Origin: a virus
Virus record (IMG/VR): IMGVR_UViG_3300023215_003041
Direction: 5' to 3' (one strand)
DNA: 64,000 nucleotides
The translations under genes and the position numbers were made by a program. Of the stretch, positions 9,182 to 18,248 are shown piece by piece. Position 1 is the first letter of the stretch. Every line of letters begins with the position of its first letter. The notes below the pieces were generated by a model, which did no database searches, was not told the origin of the DNA, and saw nothing but the letters and a program-made list of their open reading frames with translations.

Positions 9182-10252
9182 TTACTGCGCTGGACCGATT
9201 AATTCGAATTCCAACACACCCCACGTAAAGCTAAGGTTCTTAGGCGCTACTGCTTGGTTTTTCACTTTAACAAGTACCCGTTGACCTAGAAGTCCGGCTT
9301 GTTTAACCTGGCTGTGGAACTCCTGCCAGTTATGCCAGCCGGTTTTCGCCGTGGTGTGGCCCAACATAATACCCGCTTGAGCAATCGTGGTGACTTGCCC
9401 ATCGGGTGCGGTGGCCACAATATCCTGGGTCAACTTCATAGGAAGTTGTACCGAGGGGTACGGGACGTTAGGTTTTTTCGGGTCTGTTGTGGTCCGGTAA
9501 GCGGTCATAACAGCATTTGCCCAAGGCTGGCCATCTGAACCCATTTCACCATCGTAGGTGTGAACGTAGTTAGTTTGGTCACCCGTTGGGGAAGCCACTA
9601 CCCAGCGAACCATTTGGCAAAGCATGTAACCAGAGTTCTCCGTCATATCAATTTCAACTTGAAAGGGTTGAAGAATTGATTGTGGAGCGCTACCCAACGT
9701 CATACCGTGATAGGAAGTCTTAACCCAGTCCTGAACCAATAGGTCTGAACTGCCCATGGTTTCCATTGTCATTTCTCGAGCACCTAAGTACTTAGCTAGC
9801 TCGGGAGGTAGATTCGCTGGAATATCCATGGCCGTGTTACCTTGCGGGTTTACTGCCATGGGTGTGTGTTGCTGAACGTGGTTTTGCGGTTGCTGAACGT
9901 GGTTTTGCGGTTGCTGAACGTGGTTTTGCGCTTGCTGAACGTGGTTTTGCGGTTGCTGGTAACCTTCTTGGTTCTGTGTTTGCTGAACGTGGTTTTGCGG
10001 TTGCTGAACGTGGTTTTGCGCTTGCTGAACGTGGTTTTGCGGTTGCTGGTAACCTTCTTGGTTCTGTGTTTGCTGAACCTGAGGGTTAGCTTGCTGCTGG
10101 TAACCTTCTTGGTTATTAACCACCTGAGGGTTAGCTTGCTGCTGGTAACCTTCTTGGTTGTTAACTACCTGAGGGTTAGCTTGTTGGTGTTGTTGAGTCG
10201 CATTAGCGTTGTTTTGTGCTTCTGCGATCATTTGATCAATTTTATTACTCAT
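9182..10252 (-). CDS. hypothetical protein with Q/N-rich tandem-repeat N-terminus
   Basis: Repeats QQANPQVVNNQEGY and QQPQNHV; start at ATG 10252 after the leader; lies between exonuclease and helicase genes. Confidence 0.75.
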   Translation of the reverse strand: MSNKIDQMIAEAQNNANATQQHQQANPQVVNNQEGYQQQANPQVVNNQEGYQQQANPQVQQTQNQEGYQQPQNHVQQAQNHVQQPQNHVQQTQNQEGYQQPQNHVQQAQNHVQQPQNHVQQPQNHVQQHTPMAVNPQGNTAMDIPANLPPELAKYLGAREMTMETMGSSDLLVQDWVKTSYHGMTLGSAPQSILQPFQVEIDMTENSGYMLCQMVRWVVASPTGDQTNYVHTYDGEMGSDGQPWANAVMTAYRTTTDPKKPNVPYPSVQLPMKLTQDIVATAPDGQVTTIAQAGIMLGHTTAKTGWHNWQEFHSQVKQAGLLGQRVLVKVKNQAVAPKNLSFTWGVLEFELIGPAQ

Positions 10253-10390
10253 ATCGTCGATATCCAAATTGTTAGATTATTGATTATTGATTAATTACTG
10301 TTTGTTTGGCTTTCGCCCCTCGCTTTTCTCCGAGGTCATATATACCAAGCCTTTGAGGCGGTATAGATGATAACCTTAGGCTAAAATTGG

Positions 10391-10669
10391 TTAGCTGTCA
10401 AGTAAACCAGCTTCCCGTGTCTCAATTTCTTTTTTAGCCCGTTGGATTAGGTTCTCTAATTTCTCCACCGTGTCTTTTGCCTGTGTCAAAGCCCTACGCT
10501 TTTCACTATCAGTTTCTGAATTATAACTCTGAATCATTTTCAGTAGTGCGTATTCTGTGACCAGTTCTTCTTGGGTTTCAGCATTGGCGAAGCTTTTCTC
10601 TATAAGCTCGAGATTTGCTTCCAGAATAAACAGCACAAAAGGGAGTAAGTCGTCTTTATTTGTCAGCAT
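10391..10669 (-). CDS. hypothetical protein
   Basis: ORF; start at 10669 has a GGAG SD. Confidence 0.6.
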   Translation of the reverse strand: MLTNKDDLLPFVLFILEANLELIEKSFANAETQEELVTEYALLKMIQSYNSETDSEKRRALTQAKDTVEKLENLIQRAKKEIETREAGLLDS

Positions 10670-10759
10670 TTTGTCTCTCCTGTACGGTAGCAAAATACTG
10701 GCCACTCTCTAAGGCATAGTGAATAGCAACAGCGAGTCTTGTTAGTTTCATAAAAATCC

Positions 10760-12244
10760 TTATGCGGCTTGCATGATAGGGGTTACTAAGTCAACCGTTA
10801 CACCATTTTCAACTTGGGTTCGGTCATTCGATTTGTTTAATAGCTTTTTAGCAACGTGCAATTCCAGTCCACCTCGATACACAAGCAATGTGATCTTAAC
10901 GGGCTTTTCACGAACACCCCGTAAAGCTCGACGGTAGTTCTGAATAAAGGTGGTATCTTGCCAGTCAAAAGACATAAAAATAATGTGGTCTACATGCCCC
11001 CAGTTGAAACCCACTCCGGCCACCTCAGGGCTACAAATCAACACATCAATTTCACCGTTACGAAATCTATGGTCGATTTCACCACGACGAGACACAATAC
11101 TACCGTTAATAAACTCGGCCTTAAGCCCCAACCTTTCACAAATTTTCTTATATCGAGCGTGGGCCGTAACCACGACTTCAAAAATAATTAAAGGTTCTCC
11201 AGTGAACTTATGTGTCTCAAGATGCTGTATTAAGTGTGCGTCCTTACCATCCGACTCATTCTGGGCCAACCCGTATTCGTCAGGGGATTGCATAATTTTA
11301 AAGCACCGCTGCAGAGCCACAGCCTCGTTCTCAGCTTCCAAGAAATCATCGTCCAGCTCAGTTATGCCGCGTTGTTTAATCTCCGTAAACGCTTTGGCCT
11401 GAGAGGGCGACATAGTACACATTTCCGCATGGATTGATTTCTTTTCTTTCCCATACGCATCTTCATAGGTAATACGGCGGCTGTGACGGTCAATCAGCAT
11501 TTTCAACCGGTCATGGTTCTTCCACATAAACGGGTTCCCATACTCGTCTAACATGGCATGCCATAACATAAAGTTGTTGTAGGTGGGATAATACAGTGGA
11601 TTAATCAGTTTCAATCCTGGGTAAGCCGAACTTAACCGGCCATTGATATAGGTCCCCGTTAATACTAATAAATCCCCACCTCGAGCCATATACTGATACA
11701 TATTGTGGGTTCGTCGAGGCCCGTTGAACTCCCCAGGTTTATTGTATTTAGGCTCACCGTGGGTACTGAATCCTAAATGCCATTCATCCCCGCATAGATG
11801 GTAGGTGTCGGGATAGCGCTTAATGATCTCGTTATAGTTATTTGCAAACGAGTCAAACCCCATCATAAAGACTTTCGTTTCACGATTAGCAAACTGCTTT
11901 TCTCTTTGCTTAGGGGTACCATCTATAATAATAACTTGGTGAGGCTCGAGGTTAGACCACAACAATAACTCGTGGTAGTTCTTTACCAGTAGTGATTTAG
12001 GCATTGTCCAAATCACACGCCCTTCTTGTGTGTGATGGTAAACCCAGAGACAACCAACAGGTGTTTTACCGGTGCCGGCTTCTGAAAGATTCAGGCTACG
12101 TTTCTCAGCTAATGAGAAACCCAGATGGTCTATTTGATAATCACGTAAGGAGAGCGAACCCCGCTTATCATAAACATCATTCATATCAAACCAAGTGGCA
12201 TTAGCTGGCTGTTTTGGTATTGTCGCGTGCTTCATTCTGGCCAT
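10760..12244 (-). CDS. superfamily 2 (SNF2-like) helicase
   Basis: Walker A EAGTGKT, Walker B GDEWH, motif III LTGT, motif V AGVGFN, motif VI QNYRRALR. Confidence 0.85.
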   Translation of the reverse strand: MARMKHATIPKQPANATWFDMNDVYDKRGSLSLRDYQIDHLGFSLAEKRSLNLSEAGTGKTPVGCLWVYHHTQEGRVIWTMPKSLLVKNYHELLLWSNLEPHQVIIIDGTPKQREKQFANRETKVFMMGFDSFANNYNEIIKRYPDTYHLCGDEWHLGFSTHGEPKYNKPGEFNGPRRTHNMYQYMARGGDLLVLTGTYINGRLSSAYPGLKLINPLYYPTYNNFMLWHAMLDEYGNPFMWKNHDRLKMLIDRHSRRITYEDAYGKEKKSIHAEMCTMSPSQAKAFTEIKQRGITELDDDFLEAENEAVALQRCFKIMQSPDEYGLAQNESDGKDAHLIQHLETHKFTGEPLIIFEVVVTAHARYKKICERLGLKAEFINGSIVSRRGEIDHRFRNGEIDVLICSPEVAGVGFNWGHVDHIIFMSFDWQDTTFIQNYRRALRGVREKPVKITLLVYRGGLELHVAKKLLNKSNDRTQVENGVTVDLVTPIMQAA

Positions 12245-12548
12245 GGTTGTAAGTTAACCTAAGTAAATTTAACAAGTTAATTGTCGCCTCTTGATTTTCT
12301 CCTTTTTCAAGCAAGCCGATAATCTCGGAGAGTTGTTCCTTAATGTCTGGGAACACTTGGTCTAATGGGTAATCGGCCTCTTTCAATACTTGAAGTAGAA
12401 AAACCATCGACGTTTCTTTAGATCCTGAAAGGGTGTTAGAGATTGTCGAGGGGCTACACTTGAGTTTCTTAGCCAACGTTTCTTGACGAATCCCTTTTTC
12501 GCGTAGTGAGTGCTTCAACAACGCGAGACGCTGTGCAAAATTCAACAT
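12201..12548 (-). CDS. XRE/Cro-type HTH regulator
   Basis: LREKGIRQETLAKKLKCSPSTISNTLSG. Confidence 0.75.
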   Translation of the reverse strand: MLNFAQRLALLKHSLREKGIRQETLAKKLKCSPSTISNTLSGSKETSMVFLLQVLKEADYPLDQVFPDIKEQLSEIIGLLEKGENQEATINLLNLLRLTYNHGQNEARDNTKTAS

Positions 12549-12582
12549 ATATTTTTTCTCTTTTTGTCAAATCCGAAGGAGG

Positions 12583-13275
12583 TTAGGCTACTTTTTCGAA
12601 GGAACGAGTTCCTTTGCAGTATTTCGACAGCACGTAACTGCCTAGATGCTCTAAAGGCAAACTAATTAAGTCCTGCAACGTCGTAAGACTACTGAGATTC
12701 GTTTCCAATCGTTCGATATGTTTGGGGATAACAATTTTAGGATCACCGCAAAAAATAACGGTTCTCGGGGAAGTTTTCGCAATTGTAGCTAGCCTCAATA
12801 CCGTATCGCTATCGTGAGGCGTTAAGTCTACAAACACCATCGGGTGAATATTCGTCATACCGAGGTGCTTGGCCGCATGGCCTTTGTTAACAGCAAACAA
12901 AGGTTTTACCCAAGTATGTAGAGGAGAGTTTAAACGCTCTAAACAAGCCAGCCAGTTCGCCGCCTCCGGCAGCTTAGTTTCATCCAAGAAATAAGTTTTA
13001 CCATTAGGAATAGGTAGCATCGTTTGAACCAGCGGGTCAGTGACCACGCGGTTAAATTTGCGTAAATGGATTTTGCTTAGTTCTCGAGTGGCAAGATTAA
13101 CATTGATATTGTGTGAGCACTGGTTCTTAAGGTGCTTAACCGTGAGGTTTGATTTACGGTTTAACCCTATAAATTCCCAGCCATAAGGGCAAACGTCTTG
13201 ATAAAGATAGGAGACACCATCGTCGTCGTGGATACCATAGTACCCGAGTGGCGCTCCCTGAGTTAGCATTGTCAT
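12583..13275 (-). CDS. hypothetical protein
   Basis: 230-aa ORF with the conserved leader. Confidence 0.7.
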   Translation of the reverse strand: MTMLTQGAPLGYYGIHDDDGVSYLYQDVCPYGWEFIGLNRKSNLTVKHLKNQCSHNINVNLATRELSKIHLRKFNRVVTDPLVQTMLPIPNGKTYFLDETKLPEAANWLACLERLNSPLHTWVKPLFAVNKGHAAKHLGMTNIHPMVFVDLTPHDSDTVLRLATIAKTSPRTVIFCGDPKIVIPKHIERLETNLSSLTTLQDLISLPLEHLGSYVLSKYCKGTRSFEKVA

Positions 13276-13300
13276 CGTCGATATTCCAATTTGTAGGTAA

Positions 13301-13597
13301 TTAAAAATTAATTTTGAGAATATTTATTACCGTTGTGTTAAAAAATTTTGCCAGAATTTGTAAGTCTGTCAAGGTAATTTCTTTTGTTCCTCGGCGTAGT
13401 CGGCTAAAGCTACTTTCAGCCATCCCCAACTTTTGTCTAAGGGTCTCACCTTTATCTGAAAGGTTGAACGTTACATGAAAGTCTATCCGCATTGCGATAG
13501 CCTTGTGTTGTTCTGAAATAACCTCGAGCTGGAGCGAACAAGGCTCCAGCTCGGGGGCCTTACGGTCCTGTGAACTCACTTGTAAGACTCGGTGCAT
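13301..13597 (-). CDS. HTH-like protein (start uncertain)
   Basis: LRQKLGMAESSFSRLRRGTKEITL...LAKFF resembles XRE HTH. Confidence 0.5.
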   Translation of the reverse strand: MHRVLQVSSQDRKAPELEPCSLQLEVISEQHKAIAMRIDFHVTFNLSDKGETLRQKLGMAESSFSRLRRGTKEITLTDLQILAKFFNTTVINILKINF

Positions 13598-13829
13598 CTA
13601 ACCCTGTTTTGTAGTAGTAATCTAAGCGTTTTTGCATAGCGGTGATTTCCTCAATAAGTTTAGCGGGGAAGGGGGTTGGATAAGAATACTCTTTAGCAGC
13701 CTTATTGCACTTTTCTATATCTGATAAGAGTTTTTCTAAATCCGCTTTACCATTAAGGTTGTTTAGCTTATTCAGCTCAGCTTGGACTTTTTTGAGTAAC
13801 CCCAAATAATCGTCCTTAGCAGTAATCAT
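13560..13829 (-). CDS. hypothetical protein
   Basis: 89-aa ORF with GGAG SD. Confidence 0.6.
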   Translation of the reverse strand: MITAKDDYLGLLKKVQAELNKLNNLNGKADLEKLLSDIEKCNKAAKEYSYPTPFPAKLIEEITAMQKRLDYYYKTGLDAPSLTSEFTGP

Positions 13830-13849
13830 AATTGTCTCCAGTGGTTTTA

Positions 13850-14524
13850 CTAATCGATAGACAGTATCGTTTGCAAATCTCTATGCCTTGCTTGTACCCG
13901 AGAGCCCGTTACTGATGAAAAGTGATCCTTTGGTAGTTTGTATTTCCTTGTAAAGTACCGACAGTATTCCTCTCGTTTTACAATATAGTGATGATAGTTA
14001 TTCGACTTAATATCCTCAGGATTACGTTCACCATAAACCGTTTCAAAATAAGTATAAACCGAGTCAGGCAGATGCCAGAAACGCGAAGGGTAATGGTACA
14101 TTGGGTTTGCCCAATTTCGCGCCTCAGCATCCATTGTTTTTTGTTTTCCTGGGGGCCAAGTTGGATACGTTATTAATAAATAGTCTGGGTAAACTAAACA
14201 CCACATTAATTTACTTAAAGTGATAAAAACTTTATGCCCTTTTATATTTAATAAGACCCTAGCCCCATCTATTTCAGTATTTAAAGGCCCCCAATTTACT
14301 ACGTGAGAAAAATCTTCACGAGCCAAACGTAGCTCTTTCTCCCAATTAAACTCGGGGAACTTATTCTCAATATAAGCGTACAGCTTCTTATAAATGAGGT
14401 TTACAAAAGGGGCGTCGAACGACTTGTCCCAATAGAATAAACTACGTTGCAACCGGAAGATATTTTCTCTACGCAGTTGGGCCACTATAAATCCTCGCGA
14501 ATCCGAGAGTTTGTAATATGGCAC
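13850..14524 (-). CDS. hypothetical protein
   Basis: 224-aa ORF, aromatic-rich. Confidence 0.6.
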   Translation of the reverse strand: MPYYKLSDSRGFIVAQLRRENIFRLQRSLFYWDKSFDAPFVNLIYKKLYAYIENKFPEFNWEKELRLAREDFSHVVNWGPLNTEIDGARVLLNIKGHKVFITLSKLMWCLVYPDYLLITYPTWPPGKQKTMDAEARNWANPMYHYPSRFWHLPDSVYTYFETVYGERNPEDIKSNNYHHYIVKREEYCRYFTRKYKLPKDHFSSVTGSRVQARHRDLQTILSID

Positions 14525-15660
14525 GGCTTACCTTCTTTGGTGTAGCCAAAAGAGAAAACCGTTAGCTTTTTGCCAATATTCTGATGGCCGTTTACTGCAT
14601 GGTGGTGTTTCTCTTTAGCATCCCCTGGCGCCGTAACATCAAACAACTTACCATCGAGCGTCTTACAAATATAGATACCTACTTCGGTACCTAGGCGCTT
14701 GTTAGGCTTACCTTTGCGAACCCCAACAATTTCAAACTCGGCATCTTTCTCGTCTTTTCTTTTCATCAGAGAAGAACTTCGCTTGTCGGTTTCGTAGTGG
14801 GCATGGCCATGGCGGATCATCGTCCCTTCATAACCATTTTGAGTCCAAGCCGCGTGATATCGGTCTATCCCAGCTTGGTCTATGACTTGGTAACAAGCCG
14901 TTAGACAGAGCGTAGGGTACTCACCTTCGGTAATAAGTTCATCTAGAACATCAAAGCGGACTCCATAAGGTGCCTCTAAAACGATATCGTAGATATTGTA
15001 TGAGAGATACTTACTGTCCTGCTGGGGTTTCTTTATCAGGCTGGATATATTTTCAAAGGCCTTACCATGGCAATACAACTCACCATCCAAAGTTTCACCA
15101 CCCCAGCGACCACTATCCGCAAGCTTCTGCAGCGCTGCCATAATATGGTGAACGATTATCGGTTTTCCACCTCTAGAATAGAGAAACACTTTCCCGTCTT
15201 GAAGTGTGGCGAGGCAACGATGCCCATCCATCTTCGGTTGAACATGTACTGGGAATTGCCAGTTCTTAACTTTCTCGACCGGCTGGGCCAACATAGGTTT
15301 CACTAACCCTAATGCGTTAGTTACGTTGGCCCCTTCTTCCGGTTTTTCTTCAACGTAGCCTTTATCAAGCTGTTTCTTAACCTTGCTCTGAGCTTCAAAC
15401 ACAGCTTGCATAATAGGGGTTGTTTCATTACTGCGGCCAATATTTTTACCCTCGGTGTATTCCGTGAGGGTTTCAACACCTTTACCACCCAAAACTTTAC
15501 ATGCCGTAACAAGCATGGTGGCTGTTGCATCAGGGTTGAGGGTTACGGAGATATGCCAAGAGCCAATTTTGCCCGTGGAATGTACTTTATAGAGTAGTTG
15601 TTCAAAGCGAACATCAGCGTCACAAGGGGTATTTACTGCGGTTTTCGCGGGGATATTCAT
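14485..15660 (-). CDS. ATP-dependent DNA ligase
   Basis: Motif I QPKMDGHR, motif III LDGELY, motif IV EGTMIR, motif V LMKRK; start at ATG 15660 after the leader. Confidence 0.92.
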   Translation of the reverse strand: MNIPAKTAVNTPCDADVRFEQLLYKVHSTGKIGSWHISVTLNPDATATMLVTACKVLGGKGVETLTEYTEGKNIGRSNETTPIMQAVFEAQSKVKKQLDKGYVEEKPEEGANVTNALGLVKPMLAQPVEKVKNWQFPVHVQPKMDGHRCLATLQDGKVFLYSRGGKPIIVHHIMAALQKLADSGRWGGETLDGELYCHGKAFENISSLIKKPQQDSKYLSYNIYDIVLEAPYGVRFDVLDELITEGEYPTLCLTACYQVIDQAGIDRYHAAWTQNGYEGTMIRHGHAHYETDKRSSSLMKRKDEKDAEFEIVGVRKGKPNKRLGTEVGIYICKTLDGKLFDVTAPGDAKEKHHHAVNGHQNIGKKLTVFSFGYTKEGKPCHITNSRIREDL

Positions 15661-15887
15661 ATCGTCAATTTCCAAATTTTAAGTTAAGCCCAGTGGGCAA
15701 GTAATAAGCTACGCCTACAACTAAATAAATTCAAGTCGAAAACGTAACAGAAGGATAAAATATTTAGTTTTAAGTAACTATTTATTCGCTATTAAAAATA
15801 TTCTTTAAATACTTTAACTTTTACATTACACTAAATTCGACCTTGGAGGTCACTATCTATAAGAATAAGTAAAATGGCTGATAAATA

Positions 15888-16220
15888 ATGGAGTATGCCA
15901 TGTTAAGAAGATACGATGAAACTATTGAGCTTGATTGGGAATTAGAACGCCGCCGAACTACAGCACGAAAATTTAAAAGTATGCGGCGACGTTACGCATT
16001 AACTCAAGAAGAACTCGCCCTTGCTGCTGACGTTCATAAAAATACTATTTCTAACGCCGAACGCTACGGTCGAATATCCCCCGAAGAATTCTATCGATAC
16101 CAACAAATCGCAAAGCAAGCACATAAGGATAAATCCGAGGGTGTCTTACTCAACAAAATTATCTTATCGGATATTTCCTTCGCCGATTTCAAGGAATTTC
16201 TCGCGACCTTCTTAGATTGA
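15888..16220 (+). CDS. XRE-family HTH transcriptional regulator
   Basis: MRRRYALTQEELALAADVHKNTISNAER; the only clear rightward gene in 1-37945. Confidence 0.8.
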   Translation: MEYAMLRRYDETIELDWELERRRTTARKFKSMRRRYALTQEELALAADVHKNTISNAERYGRISPEEFYRYQQIAKQAHKDKSEGVLLNKIILSDISFADFKEFLATFLD

Positions 16221-16222
16221 CC

Positions 16223-17068
16223 TTAATAGAGAACTGGTAACGTTGTTACCAGTTCATTTCTTTTCAGAAGTGGGACTTGGTTTTTGACCCAAACTTTGAT
16301 CTTCTCTAAACGTTCCGCTACCCGTGTTTTCTTATGCGCTACAACTTCGGATAGCGCCTGTTCAAGCGCCCAACCTTCACCCTCAGGACCGTAGAAACCC
16401 CAACAAGAATCATCGATATCTCCGGTGGCACTTTCGATAACATAACCATACACATTCCCCTCGAGAGCCGAGGCATAGGTTTCCACTTCCCCCTCAAGAT
16501 ACTTATAGCATTGCTGGATACGCTTTTCAGTGAGTCGCTTGAAGCCATATTCCTTACGGGCTTTTTCTTTACTGACATAGATAAAACCCACTTGGCCAGA
16601 GTCCCAGGCACAAGAGAAACCACCCGTATTCATCGTGATACCTGAATGGTCGTATAGGTAGAGGGGAAGCATCAGAAAGTACTTTTCCAATCGAGACTCG
16701 ATTTTAGCTTGTACTTGCTGGTTAAAATCGGCTAAGCCTTCGGCATTGCAACGGGTCTTAGGCCACTGGTTCTCAAAGCGTTCGAGAATTTCTTCAAAAC
16801 CAGGTTCGACTTCTTCAATCATCCCTATTTGATATTCCTGAGGGGTGATACTGGGTTGCTCATCCCCTAGATTATAGTTGCGGTGCCAGCAAACCATCGT
16901 GCCTACGTTATCCCACTCGCGGGGACTTTCATAGTGATCGTCTCGCTCTATCTTGATAACGATATCTTTGATGTGAGTCTCAGACTCACCAATAGTATCT
17001 AGGTTTGAGAAGGGGATATTTAAAGCTTTGCAGTGCTTTTCTAAAGCATTTTTCAGTTCAGTATTCAT
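16223..17068 (-). CDS. conserved hypothetical phage/MGE protein
   Basis: LPLYLYDHSGITM...WDSGQVGFIY...SCWGFYG; conserved leader. Confidence 0.75.
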   Translation of the reverse strand: MNTELKNALEKHCKALNIPFSNLDTIGESETHIKDIVIKIERDDHYESPREWDNVGTMVCWHRNYNLGDEQPSITPQEYQIGMIEEVEPGFEEILERFENQWPKTRCNAEGLADFNQQVQAKIESRLEKYFLMLPLYLYDHSGITMNTGGFSCAWDSGQVGFIYVSKEKARKEYGFKRLTEKRIQQCYKYLEGEVETYASALEGNVYGYVIESATGDIDDSCWGFYGPEGEGWALEQALSEVVAHKKTRVAERLEKIKVWVKNQVPLLKRNELVTTLPVLY

Positions 17069-17146
17069 CGTCGATTTCCAAATTGTAAGTTAATTACCGT
17101 GGTGGGGTATTCCCCACCAAGAAAATAGCCTAGTATTTATTCTCTC

Positions 17147-17359
17147 TTACTGTCCTTTGAAGGACTCATTAAGAAGATTCTCCCAGGTTAGGGTTAAGTT
17201 GTTTTGATAAAGAATTTTGTGTTGGATACCACTTTCAATTTCATAGCAAGCCGCACCGTTAATTGTGCCGACGGTTTTGCTTCGTCTAAAAGTAAGTCCT
17301 TGGTCTTTTGCCAGTTTACGGCACTCCTTTATAACTTCATTAGATGATAATTTTTGCAT
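17147..17359 (-). CDS. hypothetical protein (70 aa), separated from its SD by the insertion
   Basis: ATG 17359; the reconstructed empty site restores AAGGAAAATAAGATG. Confidence 0.65.
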   Translation of the reverse strand: MQKLSSNEVIKECRKLAKDQGLTFRRSKTVGTINGAACYEIESGIQHKILYQNNLTLTWENLLNESFKGQ

Positions 17360-17401
17360 CTTATTTTCGGGTATTCGGAAAAGAGTGTGTATTGACAAAA
17401 A

Positions 17402-17425
17402 TAGGCATTAGCTAAACTAATGCCT
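17402..17425 (-). terminator. hairpin downstream of aca2 (probable terminator)
   Basis: AGGCATTAG-CTAAA-CTAATGCCT followed on the minus strand by ATTTTT. Confidence 0.6.
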
Positions 17426-17432
17426 TGCTATA

Positions 17433-17792
17433 TCAAGATATAGTTTCCTCTTCACGCCACTTATCAGCCTCACTTTCGCAAAGCAAAGCGGTAGCCACTG
17501 ACTGAGCCAAGCGCCATTTTAATTCGTTCCCCGTACCGCCAGCGGTTTTATATTCATAAAATGAGTCAAAGTAGCAATAATTAGGATCGGCTTTATCAAA
17601 CTCTATTTGCAAGCGCTCTAAGCGAGTAAGGGCGAGCATTTGGATTACCCTAGAAACATCGTTTGGTATAGATCTATCACCCTTTTCCCATCGTTGCCAC
17701 GTTCTTGGCTCACACTCACCAATGAGTTGAGCTGCTTCACTCACTTCGAGGAACAATAAGCGTCTAAGCTGTTTTAGTTCGTTATTTGTCAT
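17433..17792 (-). CDS. aca2: anti-CRISPR-associated repressor Aca2 (HTH, DUF1870-like)
   Basis: MTNNELKQLRRLLFLEVSEAAQLIG...WQRWEKG...WRLAQSVA closely matches Aca2 as recalled; lies directly downstream of acrIF9. Confidence 0.88.
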   Translation of the reverse strand: MTNNELKQLRRLLFLEVSEAAQLIGECEPRTWQRWEKGDRSIPNDVSRVIQMLALTRLERLQIEFDKADPNYCYFDSFYEYKTAGGTGNELKWRLAQSVATALLCESEADKWREEETIS

Positions 17793-17835
17793 AATAAAAC
17801 TCCAAAATAAAAGGGGCTTATTAGCCCCAAGAAAA

Positions 17836-18042
17836 TTACTGGCAATCAACCCAGCGCTTGCCGTCCTCTTTATAAGCCAACCACAATCCATTTACTGTTT
17901 CTATACGCATTACAGTACCATGGAAACACTGATTTTTTGATGCAATACGCTTAGCTTGAGATAGTGAAGTTGTCTCGATTTGAGTGCCTTCACGTTCTGA
18001 ATTGATGTTTTGAACTTCTTTGATGATGTATGCAGTTTTCAT
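17836..18042 (-). CDS. acrIF9: type I-F anti-CRISPR protein AcrIF9 (68 aa)
   Basis: MKTAYIIKEVQNINSEREGTQIETTSLSQAKRIASKNQCFHGTVMRIETVNGLWLAYKEDGKRWVDCQ is near-identical to the Vibrio AcrIF9 sequence as recalled; acr-aca2 gene order. Confidence 0.9.
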   Translation of the reverse strand: MKTAYIIKEVQNINSEREGTQIETTSLSQAKRIASKNQCFHGTVMRIETVNGLWLAYKEDGKRWVDCQ

Positions 18043-18094
18043 ATGTATCTCACTTTCTTGAGTTGATTCGAACCAGTTCCGAACCGTTGAATAT

Positions 18095-18123
18095 ATTATG
18101 GTCGGATTCGCGACCGATTGCAA
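18095..18123 (-). promoter_or_regulatory. sigma70 promoter of acrIF9-aca2 with an inverted-repeat operator in the spacer
   Basis: TTGCAA-17 nt-CATAAT; spacer holds GGTCG-CGAATC-CGACC (18100-18115). Confidence 0.8.
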
Positions 18124-18248
18124 GTGTTAATTTGAAATTATTTTAACTTATCCGATACACACTCTTTTCCGAATACCCTTATTTTCCTTTTAAGTTAAAT
18201 TCTTTTCTAGCCGACGATCGTGGCCCGTGTTGGGGTGTTAGTTATTGA

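Larger units (their letters stand above)
17369..18178. mobile_element. non-autonomous mini-transposon carrying acrIF9-aca2
   Basis: Perfect 24-bp inverted repeats GGGTATTCGGAAAAGAGTGTGTAT (17369-17392 / 18155-18178) flanked by the direct 8-mer TTATTTTC (17361-17368, 18179-18186); no transposase inside. Confidence 0.88.
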
